Of a stretch of DNA of 64,000 nt, positions 12,544-23,980 are shown piece by piece. Each line of letters opens with the position of its first letter. The stretch's first letter is position 1. The translations under genes were made by a program, and so were the position numbers. The DNA is from Podospora anserina. Lineage: Eukaryota. A model generated the notes under the pieces. It saw only the letters and a program-made list of their open reading frames with translations, was not told where the DNA came from and ran no database searches. Location: NCBI GenBank assembly GCA_017654855.1, contig CM030332.1, forward strand, positions 5,394,001 to 5,458,000, read 5' to 3'.

Positions 12544-13244
12544 GATTTTTGATGGGTTGTGTGGTGCAGCTTGTGTCTGCCGGGATAGGTTGAAGGTGAT
12601 ATTAGACGTGGGACTTGACGAAATTGTGTGAGATATTCTGCCTATCCCATCTTTGATCTGTACTGAATTGGAGTAGGAAAGCTCGGAGGAGCGGGATAGG
12701 TCACCGTTTATCAACCTGAGGTGGGCTTACCTTAGTATGACCAGTCGAAACACGATACAGTCATCCACCATCACCGAACAAGGCTAGGCATTGAAGCAGT
12801 GCCTGACAACCTATCATGGTAACACGAGTGATATAATTAACTTGCAGCCCCTAAGCACTACGTGCCGTACGGCTTCACCCTTTTTCTCAGTGTAGCATTG
12901 ATGTTTCTCCACGTTTGCGCCAAGCCAGCTGAGTGCCTGAAAAAGGCTGGCGCTTAGGTAGGAAGGGGAGGTACGGAATAAGCAGCATGGATGCTGGGCT
13001 GGCAGCCGCTCATCTTTCTGAAGACGTGGACAGCCCGTTCCCCAACTCATATACATCGTCAGCTACACATTGTTTTCGCTAAACTTCAACTTCATTCGCA
13101 GTTCATACGAATCCTCCATGACCAACGCTTGACCCTGATCTCTGCCATCACAGCTCACACACCAAGGTGAGCGACGATGGGATGTTCACTTAACACTTAA
13201 ATCTTACAACTTTCAAGCCAGAGCCGCAGCAAAGAGTCGCACCC

Positions 13245-14309
13245 ATGGCGCCCTTACCAGCATCGCCCTTTACGTGCAATATTCTAGAGACAAATCAGGA
13301 AAACGTTCAAGACGACGGGAACAGGCTTCTTGACCAGTTTCCTGCATCGTATCGGGCTGATCCCGACGACTTGCGGGCCCCAGCTACCCCCGAGTTAGAC
13401 CTCATCGCCCAGGAGATGAACGTCAAGAGGCTGCATGGGATCATCCACCTACTGTGGCTTGCAGGGCGGCCCGTCCCGCCTCGCCCTCTCCACTACCAGC
13501 TAGCCCTAGGGCGAGAGATCACCGTCATCGAACGAATGGAAGCCCACCTAGTCTGGGGCTCAGGCCGGATCTACCTCAAGCCCTTACCGCGCTACCTTCT
13601 AAACCCACACTTCTGGACCAGCTACCTCTCCTGCTCCCAATGCCTCCCCCGACAACCCCTAGAAGCCGGCCCACCCCCTTGCCCCCACCCCCGCCTTAAA
13701 AGCTGCGCCCTCGGATTCCTCCTCTCCTACATCGCCCTCATAGCCTACGAAAACGACTTCCTCATCGCCAAGGACAAACGCCTCATCCCATCAGAAATCA
13801 CCTGGCCCCAATGGCGCCAGCTAGTCCGCGAAGTCCTCGCTGGCGACGGCGACGGCGACGGCGACGGTGCCAACCGTTTGTACGCCCACGTCAACCCCCG
13901 TTTCATCTACGGCGAGCTGAGGCTCAACAGGCTGAACCTCATCTTCTTCGCCCTCCAGGGTCCCCTCTCCACCGGGTTCGTAGCCACCTGGAATTCCTAC
14001 GGGGCTTTTTACCGCGACAACTCGGCCTGGATCATCACCGTCATAGCTTACATCGTCCTTGTCCTGTCTGCCGCCCAGGTCGGTCTTTCGACGACCCGGC
14101 TGGCCGAGAGCGACGCTTTCCAGGACGCGTCGTACGGCTTCACTATATTATCATTGGTGGTTCCGCTCTTTGCTCTCGCTATGCTCGTCGGTTTGTCGGC
14201 TGTTCTGTGGGCGTACAATGTGGTGAGGACGAGGCGGTTCGAGGCCAAAAGATCAAAAACTCTCGGGAGGGCCTGGCGAGGGGAGAAGACAGAGTCGCAA
14301 CAACGATAG
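13245..14309 (+). CDS. DUF6601-like fungal protein with two C-terminal transmembrane helices (354 aa)
   Basis: LWLAGRPVPPRPLHYQ...GREITVIERMEAHLVW...IYLKPLPRYLL...FW, GFLLSYIALI, RFIYGELRLNRLN recalled as DUF6601 motifs; hydrophobic WIITVIAYIVLVLSAAQVGL and FTILSLVVPLFALAMLVGLSAVLW. Confidence 0.8.
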   Translation: MAPLPASPFTCNILETNQENVQDDGNRLLDQFPASYRADPDDLRAPATPELDLIAQEMNVKRLHGIIHLLWLAGRPVPPRPLHYQLALGREITVIERMEAHLVWGSGRIYLKPLPRYLLNPHFWTSYLSCSQCLPRQPLEAGPPPCPHPRLKSCALGFLLSYIALIAYENDFLIAKDKRLIPSEITWPQWRQLVREVLAGDGDGDGDGANRLYAHVNPRFIYGELRLNRLNLIFFALQGPLSTGFVATWNSYGAFYRDNSAWIITVIAYIVLVLSAAQVGLSTTRLAESDAFQDASYGFTILSLVVPLFALAMLVGLSAVLWAYNVVRTRRFEAKRSKTLGRAWRGEKTESQQR

Positions 14310-14900
14310 GAAACAGTATATGCAGCAACAGTGAAAGATGAATCGAGAGTACTTCCCTAGTTCCAAATGTATCGTGTGCAATCATCCTATCAACATCTAT
14401 TTCTTCTTCAACACAACTCTCAACAAACAAAACTAATCATACATATATCAAATCCACGCACAAAAATGTACCATCAATCTTGTAAACACATTCAGACAGA
14501 CATTCAAAGACAGAGAAAGAAAAGATATAAAAATATAGAAAATAGAAATTCTCTCCGTATATGCTCTGATCATTTCTATTTCCCCTTCCCCTCAAGAAAC
14601 CAGCTTCCATGCTTTCCATACACACACGCAAGAAAAAAGAAAAAGAAAAAAAACTCCAGTCATCCCCACACTCCCAGAACCAAAGATCAAGAACCGTTGC
14701 CGCTCCCCCTTTCTCTGACTTTGAAGTGGTAACAAATAATGCCCAGCAATAGTGTTATGCAAGGGTAAAAAGCTTTCCTCCAGCGAAAAAATTGAATCTC
14801 TCACAGAGAAAAAGAGAAGAGAAGTGAAGACAAGAAGATAAAAAGTACAATCGAACCGAAAAAAAGGGGGCTGTTTGTTGCTCGCACTGAATAACCCGAC

Positions 14901-17011
14901 TCAAGCGCCAGTCATTGGACTGCCCGCAGGACTCACCGCATCAAGCGGTGCAGCGTGCAAAGCCGGCTTGTTTGCCAAATCACCCAGCAGCCCGTTCTTC
15001 TTGCGGTCCAAAACACTATTCACCCACTCGGCCACCTCATAGTCCCCTTGTCCTATGTGACCTGAGGGGGTGGCAATGCTCATCGCACCCGCTGCGTCCG
15101 CCAGTTCGTCATCCGCGGCCGCATCTTCGGCTTCGGCGTCCTCTGTGATGGTCTCGGGCTTGCCGAGGGCCTTGATCCAGGGATGTTGGAGGAGCATGGC
15201 GTAGGTGTGACGTTTGGCAGGAATCTTGTTGAGACAGCAGCGGACAAAGTCTTTGGCAGAGGCGGAATAGCCCTCGTCGGGGAGGTCTGGCGGATCTCCC
15301 TCCACAATGGCCTGAGTTAGGATGTTAGTGTCAGCTGCTGGCACCAGAATAGCTTGGGGTTCGATCAATAACTTACACTGAGCTGGCTGAAGATGGTGCT
15401 CGAGATCTCGGGCGGATAGGGGTATCTTCCCATGGCACACTCGATAATGGTCAAGCCCAAGCTCCAGATATCACTCTGGACATTGTACGAGCCATCCGCA
15501 GCACCGGCCATCGCGCCTCCGCTGATACGTTCCGGAGCCATGTAGCTCTGGCAGCCAATGTTGGTCTTGGCGATACTTGCCACAAGGTTGCCCGAGACAC
15601 CGAAATCGCAAATTTTGACTTGTCCGTTGGTGTTGACTAGAATATTTGTAGGCTTGACGTCGCGATGGATGATGTTGTGGTCGTCCTTGAGGCTTTTGAG
15701 ACCCATAATCGTGGCATAGGTAATTTTCCGCAGGACATTCTCGGGAATACCGCCAGCATATATCTTGTCGATACTGCCACCGTCCATATATTCGATACAC
15801 ATATAGACGGCACCTTCTTGGTAGAAGGCACCATAGAAATCGATGATGTACGGGGAAACACACTCGTGGAGAATAACCAGCTCCTTGAGAATGGTCGTAA
15901 ACTTGGCTTCGTCCAGCTCGAGTCGGATCTCTTTCATAGCCATGACAACACCAGAGGTGGTCCGCCCGCTATTTGAGGTTGGACTTAATGGCGACTCGGC
16001 GGATGCGTCCTCCTCGGACAGAGAGGATTGGCGGGAAAGCGGCTTGAAATGGGACAAGCCTTGCCCAAAGCGTGGTGCTTTTGGTCGGGCATGGCGCACC
16101 TTGTACACAGTGCCGTAGTTGCCCTTGCCGAGTTCATCCATGACGTCGATTTCGTCCAAAGAGATGGAAAAGGTCTGCCCGCCGGCGAAGTTGACACCCG
16201 TGCGGGTAATCGTCGCCGCCCCTTCGAAGGTGATCCAACCCTTATCCGCGTCGATGTAGTTCTTGAAGTCCATAAGCTTCGAGCTGTGCTTTTCTCCGTT
16301 CAAAGACGGCCGTTTTGGCCCGTCACCCTGGTTCATATCCGACAGCCTGGGTGTACCGGCCGGCGAAGGGGTCCCTGACTCTGATATATTCCCCATCTTC
16401 ATGGCCCTCCTCTCGCTCAAGCTTAGAGGCTTCCTTGGTCCAGTCCCCGGCACAGCCGGAGCTGACTTGGCAAAGCCAGGGGGCAATGGTCGGGCCATGC
16501 CACCGGGGAGCTTGAGCCCGCCCGATAAGGCACCCGACATCGGTCCTCCCATCGGTCCGCCCATCGGCCCTCCCATCGGCCCTCCTGATATTGACCCTCC
16601 CATGCCTCCCATGTTCAGACTCATGCCGCCCATAGGGGAAGCGCCAGCATTGGCCCGGGCCATACCCATGCGTTGCTCTTGTAATGCGCGTGCTCTTGCC
16701 ATGATGTCCATGGGCAGGCTGTTGGCACTTGGTGGCGGCCTCCTAGCATTGTTGAGAATGCCAGCGACACTCGAGGTCGGGTTCATGTGCGCGCTGCCCT
16801 GAGGATCGGAAACCGTTCTGAGAGAGGGTACACGGCGGGGTGGGTCGCTGGAAGGCGATCCAAAGCCCGGCTGGGCATCAGAACTCGAACTGGGGGGGTC
16901 AAGAGGTGTGCTGGCTTCCGAGGACTCGTCAATGGAAGCGGGTGAGGTCGGACTGCTCATGGCAAACTCGTCTGGAGTCACCGGGTCCGATCGGGGGTTG
17001 TCGTCCGCCAT
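14901..17011 (-). CDS. PBS2: HOG-pathway MAP kinase kinase Pbs2/Wis1; exons 17011-15377 and 15311-14901
   Basis: LGKGNYGTV, MAMKEIRLELDE, HRDVKPTN, DFGVSGNLVASIAKTNIGCQSYMAPERI; one GT-AG intron 15376-15312. Confidence 0.96.
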
Positions 17012-20000
17012 GGTGGCAGGCTCGGTGTGGTGGGTGTTGATTGCGATGATGAAGCAGTCTACCAGGTACCGAGCATTAGGCTACTGTAGGTGGTGGGGTA
17101 TATGCTGGTTGAGGGTGAAGCTCAAGGAGTCAAGGTTGAAATGTGTGGTTGAGGTTGCACTAGGAACCGGAGAAAGAGAGGAATTGTTGATATGAGGGAG
17201 GACAGGCGTGGGCGGGCGATGGGGAAGTGGGATCGAGATCTTGAAATGCCCACTCAGGTAGTCCTGGCCTGGTGGTGCCAATGACCAAGCCAGGCAGTTA
17301 TAGGTCCCTCGGTACCTTGGGCAGCAAAGCGATTGGCCACTGATAGGCACAAGGGCTGCAGGTGTGTGTCTCCGCAGCGAGGCCGCGCACTGAGGATTGT
17401 GAATGAATTGCTGGTGACCTGCGAGTCGCTTGAAACCGAGTTCCGGGTGTGATGTTAGGAGTGGCAGGTATCTTTTTTGGCGGGATTGATGGGAAGTTTT
17501 GAGGGGCGTATGTGTCTGGCTGGTCAGGGCGATTTGCTCCGCGGAGAGTACCCCTCCTTGGTCCCCGCTGTGTTGTTTGACTTTGGTTCGCTGCCAAGAA
17601 TCCAAGCTCAGCGACCTCCAGAGCCCCGCCGCTGGCAAATCCGGGCACTGGCCAGCTCCAAAAACCATGGAATGGCCGGCTCCATCTTTCTTCGCCTGTT
17701 TTGCGCAGAAGAAGAAGGACGTCAAGCTCTAGTGCTCTAGTGTGGATTTCAAGAGGCGGTATACGAGAAATTGCAACTTGGTCTGGGACAAGCGTCGCCT
17801 GTCCGTCCCCGTCACTGTGCAGCTTCGTCAAATGCCCTGAATGCTGGAGCGGCATCAAATCAGAAAAGAAAAAAAACAGGGGAAATGTGACCTCTGATGG
17901 AAAGGCAAGCTATGACGTCGAGGTGTGGCTGGTGAATTGCATCAGATAACGCGGCCGGCCACTGACGTTTGACAAGGCGGTTACAGCCAAGGAAGCCCAA
18001 GGCAAGAAGATCTTCATCTGTACAAGCCACACCAAGCTCAAACTGGCGGTCCCTGCCTGAAAGACCATCACGAGGGTCTGCAAAGGAGCACAGAAATCAA
18101 GATGGTATTCTCCTTGCGTCGGTCTGAAACGAGCCACAGCATGCACAAAGGCGAACATGTGTGATTGAGTCTAGAATCGCATTGCCAAACCCGGTCGAAA
18201 TGTCGTCGATCTTGCTGCCAGAGAGGTGTTTGACCAAAGCCCAAAGGACTCTGCGCCTCAGGCACTCTCGCACTATACCCAAAACTAATTGAAGCGACAC
18301 GTAAAAAGTTCGCCTTCAAGTCGCCTGTTCGAATATGGCTTGTGATGGTGCGGTGCGGGAGGTGCTACCGCATCACCCGCAATCTGCTTCATTGTTCTCT
18401 CCCACCACCCACTAAGCCTGCCAATGAGGTGTCCTCGTTGCTGAACGCCTTCAGATAGGAGTGGCGAGAGCGCTCGTTGTTGTGTGGTCGCTCCTGTCGA
18501 TACCTGATGTGTTGGACAGCAACAACAGCATCCATAATCAACCTTGATCATCAATTGAATCCAAAGGTGTGGAAAGTCCATGATCCCTTGCAGATACTAT
18601 GCATGTCGACTGCTTGTGATGCATATGCATTGCTGGGGGATAATCGATGCATCTAGGCTCCTTCGCACCGACTGGCGAAACACTCTAATAGTCGAGATAA
18701 TACAAATGACTCAAGACACAAAATTGGTGTCCATGACGGTACCTACTTTCCTGACGACATTCCCGAGGGCTTCAATATGCTGACGCAGTTTATGTTTTGA
18801 AGGAAGCACGGTTGTGTCAGCGAGTGCTCCAAATGGATACAGTCCCATCAAAGTGCGTCATGGACCATATCCCTGGACGAATTATTCTGCTGCTGTGGGC
18901 ATTGGTGTTGCTCGATGTCGTCAAAGCCATCCGCAGAAGCCGTCGTGGTCCAATCTGCCTTCACGACCGTTGCCGAAGGTACGAAAGCACGGGAAAATCA
19001 AAACATGACAGATTCTTCTGACACTCCGACACTCCGATTAAGCTTTCCTCTCCACGATCCTAGAACCTTGAAATCACTCAGTGCTCCACAACCGCACCTG
19101 CTCAGGCAACGTCTTCCTTGGCGATGCTGTGCCAGCCCTGGGGGTCAATTGGTCTAGCTGAAAGCAGCCAACGAGAGCCTGAGGGTCGAACACGTTTCCT
19201 GTCATTATCGCGAACCTGGAAGTTTCAGAGAGCACAACCGCAGCGTAGGGAAGGAGCACGATGCCAAGAGAAGCTTCACACCTTTCTACCTAACGTCATA
19301 GCCTTTGGGTGGTGCGTTGCGCGGGGGCACAGCTGCTTCTTCAGGCGCCCTCCAGCAGCCGCAGCGTCCTTGGCTTGCGATTAACAAGACCTTGGCACGG
19401 ACTAACCAGTGCCGGCCCACTCAGCGCCGGTTATCCACTGTTAGCCGGAACCTGGGAACACATCTGAGAGAAGGAGGGAAAACCATGATATCATTGGCCG
19501 GCTGTTGAAACAAAGGGGGTCGTTCCTAACAATTAACGAGTGTGGCTTTTTTCCTTATCGAAGGTGGTCGATGGGCCCCCCAACTGAGGTCAGACCAGGC
19601 ACGCCAGGCTCGTCATCTCAAAGGACCAGGGCAGGCCGACCAGGTTTCTTATCATAGTGGTAGCCCAATTCCGTCCTTGTTGAAAACTCCTCTACTACAC
19701 GTTGGCTGTCATCACAGCTCTCCTCCTTTGATCTTTTGGTTGTTTTCCATCTCCAATATTGCGGCCTACCGTTTCACTGTCCTACCAACGGAGTCGTTTG
19801 CCCGACATTTCCATCAAAGCCGACACCGATCTGTACAGGCGCATATCAGCTACCAGACCCATACATTAATTACTAGGCACACCCGCGTACCCACAACCTC
19901 CCACAGCTTTACATCCGCCGTTCCGTACCTTCTAGCGGCCATTCTCCTCTGCCGTTCTCCTTTCTCCGTCTTCATCAACAATCACCTCCGAGTATCGAAC

Positions 20001-20020
20001 CAAGGCGACCAACTATTTTG

Positions 20021-21903
20021 ATGGGTTTTCTTGAACTTCGGGCGCCCACGGCGTTGCGCTCGGCCATGATGGCTGCTGGCGAGCCGTGGGACAATCAAAT
20101 ATCACTAACAGGCTCCTCGCCGCTTGCTATTCTCACATCGTCCCACGACTCGCATCCACCACTCGACCACCTAGTCCTTCTCGTTTTCGGCGCCGTCCTC
20201 GAAGTTGTCTGCGTCAGTTTGCCAGGATACGTCATCGCGCGGCTTGGTCACTTTGATGCCGACAAGCAAAAGTTTCTAGCCAACCTCAATGTTATGCTAT
20301 TCACGCCATGCCTGAGTATGTCATCAACAATTTGTTCCAAAACGGTCAGTGAATGAGAGTGTGATACTAACTGATGTGCAGTCTTCACCAAGCTCGCCTC
20401 CCAATTAAACGCCGAGAAGCTCGTCGAACTCGGCGTCATCCCCATCATCTTTGTCATTCAAACACTAGTCTCGTATTTTGTCTCTCGTGTGGTGGGAAAA
20501 TGCTTTGGCTTCAACCGTCGCGCCTCCAACTTTGTCACCGCCATGGGCGTGTTCGGCAACTCAAACTCGCTGCCGATTTCTCTGGTTATTTCTCTTTCGC
20601 AGACACTTAAGGGTCTTCACTGGGACAGGATAAAAGATGATAGTGATGAGGAGGTTGCCGCAAGAGGTATCCTGTACCTCATGATTTTCCAGCAACTCGG
20701 GCAGCTAGTCAGATGGAGTTGGGGTTACCATGTTCTTTTGGCGCCAAAGGACAAGTATGACGAATATGCCGATGAGACTGTCGAGGAAGGTAGATACGGC
20801 GCGCTTTCGCCCGATGGATCATCAGAGACACAGGGTCTTCTCGTGGGTGTTCACCCAGACACCGTAGGCATCGAACGGCCTTCTAGCCCAACTCATACGG
20901 ATGATTCGGCAGTTTACGAACCTGCCGGTCGAACACCTGTTGCTGGATCCTCGAGACACTCACCTCACGAGTCGGATGATGAGGGCCACGATGCCTGGAA
21001 GAAACCCACTGGCAACGGTGTTGATGGTGCCAACGGCACTCTTAACCAGCTCGAAGGCAACGAAGAAGATCTTAACCGGATTTTGTCCTTTCCTCGAATT
21101 CGTAACAACGATGAGGCTGAGACTCCTAAAGGTGTCAAGGGTCTTCCTGTGCGCATCGGCCGGGCCACGAGGAAATACCAAGCCCGGGTGACCAACTACA
21201 TCTGCGACATCTCCCGCAAGACGTACCATTCGCTCCCCCGTCCCGTCCAGGCACTTCTCTCAGGCATCTACTCCGTCTGCCAACGCGTCTACAACTTCCT
21301 TTGGGAATTCATGAACCCTCCTCTCTGGGCCATGCTCCTCGCCATCCTGGTTGCGTCGATCAAAGACCTTCAAGAGCTGTTCTTTAAGGACGACACCTTT
21401 GTGAAGACGTCGGTCACGGCTGCCCTCCGGTCATCGGCCGGTGTTGCCGTCCCTTTGATCCTGGTTGTCTTGGGTGCAAACCTGGCTCGGAATACGCAAA
21501 ACCATGAGACTGTTGACCCCGAGGAGAAGGAGATCGGCAAGAAGCTGCTGGTTGCCAGTTTGATCAGCAGGATGCTGCTGCCGACGTTGATTATGGCGCC
21601 TATTTTGGCCCTGTTTGCCAAGTATGTGCCCGTCAGCATCTTGGACGACCCGATCTTTGTGGTGGTGTGCTTCCTTTTGACGGGGGCGCCGTCGGCGTTG
21701 CAGTTGGCGCAGATTTGCCAGATCAATGGGGTTTATGAGGGGGTTATGGGGAGGATTCTGTTTCAGAGTTATGTTATTTGGTTTGTTTCCCCCTCTGGTT
21801 GTGACTGTGTGGTGGTTTGATGCTAACACCGTGCTGTAGGATCCTGCCTTCGACACTCGTCCTGGTGATGTGTGCGTTGGAGGTTTTGGAGTGGGCTGCG
21901 TGA
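20021..21903 (+). CDS. Auxin-efflux-carrier-like (PILS/Ecm3, Mem_trans family) membrane transporter; exons 20021-20315, 20382-21780, 21840-21903
   Basis: LNVMLFTPCLIFTKLA, FGNSNSLPISL, NPPLWAMLLA, VPLILVVLGANL, DDPIF...APSA; long central hydrophilic loop. Confidence 0.9.
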
Positions 21904-22553
21904 ACGTGGTCACTTTTATTCCGAATAGCTCCTTTTATTTTCTTAGCATTATAGACAGATCCGTAGGAGGAAGAATTTGCAACGGAGGTGGTGGCCGTAG
22001 GCATGGCAGTCGTTTCGACTTGTTTCTTTTCGTTTGGGTTGGTCCATCCGTTGTTCAAGCAACGCTAGCAATAGAATTGGTACGGTTGGTAGGTGGGTAA
22101 TAGCGGCGGTCTAATACAAATGCGTGGAGAAGGAAAGGGTTCGGATGAACCTTGGGGTTCCCCATCTGGTTTGGGACTGGATGTTTTTATTGGTCTGGGT
22201 TCATTGATATCCCCCTTTTTGGTGGTTTCTCATTTTTTATGTAACAATAGGCATGCGTTAACGTTTGTATGATTAGCAGCCAAGCAAAGAGCGGTTAGCA
22301 TCATGGGGATGGAAAGCAAAGGCGATGAATATTATGAATAATTATGATTTTCAACTCGGTGAAACGGATCAATGATGTTGCAACTTCACAGTGTTGTAAG
22401 TGCTTACTACCCCTGAGTTGCTAGACTCGAGTAAAAGCATTGTTCATGTAGTCTTGTGAGCGCCGTACAAGGAGTTGATACCAGCGTTAGAATCCCAATT
22501 ACGCTCACTTGCTATTCCCCCAAGTTTATCACTTTTACAAAGCTGCCCAACTT

Positions 22554-23313
22554 TTAAATCCCATTAACCTGCCCCCTATTCTCCTCCCCCTCGCCCGAAA
22601 TCACCCAATCCCTCACCGCGCCCTTCCAATCCGCAATCCTGACGTCCTTTATCCCCACCACAATCACCCTCGCATCATGTAACCTCGCCCGCTCGTCGTC
22701 TTCCCTCGCTGTGCTCTCCTCGGCCGGGCCAGCGGCGGAATCAAAAGTGTTATTGGCCAGGTGGATATTCTGGTAGTACTTCTCCTCCTCGCTGCCGCGC
22801 TCCACCAGGCGAGCGGACCCGTTTATGGTCGCGCTGATGGAGGAGACGGCCGAGGTGTTGAGGTTGAAGAGGAGGGCTGCGAGGGAGGAGGGGGGATCGG
22901 CGCGGGCGGGGGAGTGGCCGTTGGAGAGGCGGCGGGATTGGGAGCTTGTGGTTGGGCGGTGGGATACCCCTTTCGAGACAAGGTTAGCAAAATGGGGGAA
23001 AAGAAGGGGAGAAGGAAGGCTTACAGTCATGGACGAGGAGGGAAACGTTGGGGTTGGCGGCGAGGTTGTTCATCTTTTTGGAGGCGGGGTTGGTGGTCAT
23101 GACGATTTCGGGGAGGTTGTTGCCGTAGGGGGAGGAGGGGAGGTAGGTGTAGTTCATGAGGGAGACGTGGGGGACGTTGTCGTGGCAGGTGGCCAGGTGG
23201 AGGAAGCGGGCGTTTTCGAGGCATTGGACTACTTCTGTTGGGAGGGAGTTGGTGATGCGCATGTTGGTGTCGCCGGCCGAGGCTTCGTGGGAGAGGGGTA
23301 TTTGCTGTTCCAT
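22554..23313 (-). CDS. Pyridoxamine 5'-phosphate oxidase-like FMN-binding protein (YGR017W-like); exons 23313-23025, 22969-22554
   Basis: FLHLATCHDNVPHVSLMNYTY, KKMNNLAANPNVSLLVHDWVSHR after splicing, IADWKGAV. Confidence 0.85.
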
Positions 23314-23980
23314 TGTCGATCGAGTATAGGGATGGTTTGTATTTGATGGGGCCTGTGATTACACTGAAGAGCCTGTAAGGCTGGTGAGTTGCGAGAGCCA
23401 AGTATCAGCTTATACAAAGAAATTGCCCACGGTCAATGGTGTCCTTGGATGTGTCAAGATCTTCCGTCGTCGAGATGGGTGGGGTGAGGAAGCTCCAGCG
23501 GCCTGTATACCCCAGCTGGGGATGACTAATGCGGGGGAAAGGCCCAGACCCCTGGTCACTGCGTTGCAGTGATGACGTTGTTCTATCTGGGGCATTTGGG
23601 GAAGCCGTTTTCCAGACTTAACTTCAGTCCGTTGTTGGAGCTCCCAGCAAAACATCAGCAAACAGCGAAAATTAATGAGGTTATCTAGACCAACTGGACA
23701 AATAACAGCAATTCACAACCACATTCCCAATTCAGATTAACTAGCCCAGGTCACGAGCGCAAAGCCGCAGCGATCAGGGGCTTGGCTGGCAAGGGGAGGG
23801 GAACGGCTACCTTCGGCCCTGCATCCAGTTGACCTCGGGACTATCACCTCCCTTCCACAAAGTCGGCAGGAATGCCATTGCGATCTTCCTTTTTTTTCTC
23901 CTTCTTCCCAAACTATGTGATACCCAAACCCATCCATTGAACCTCCTTGCGCATATCTTCTTGTCCCCTTGAATCTGATC

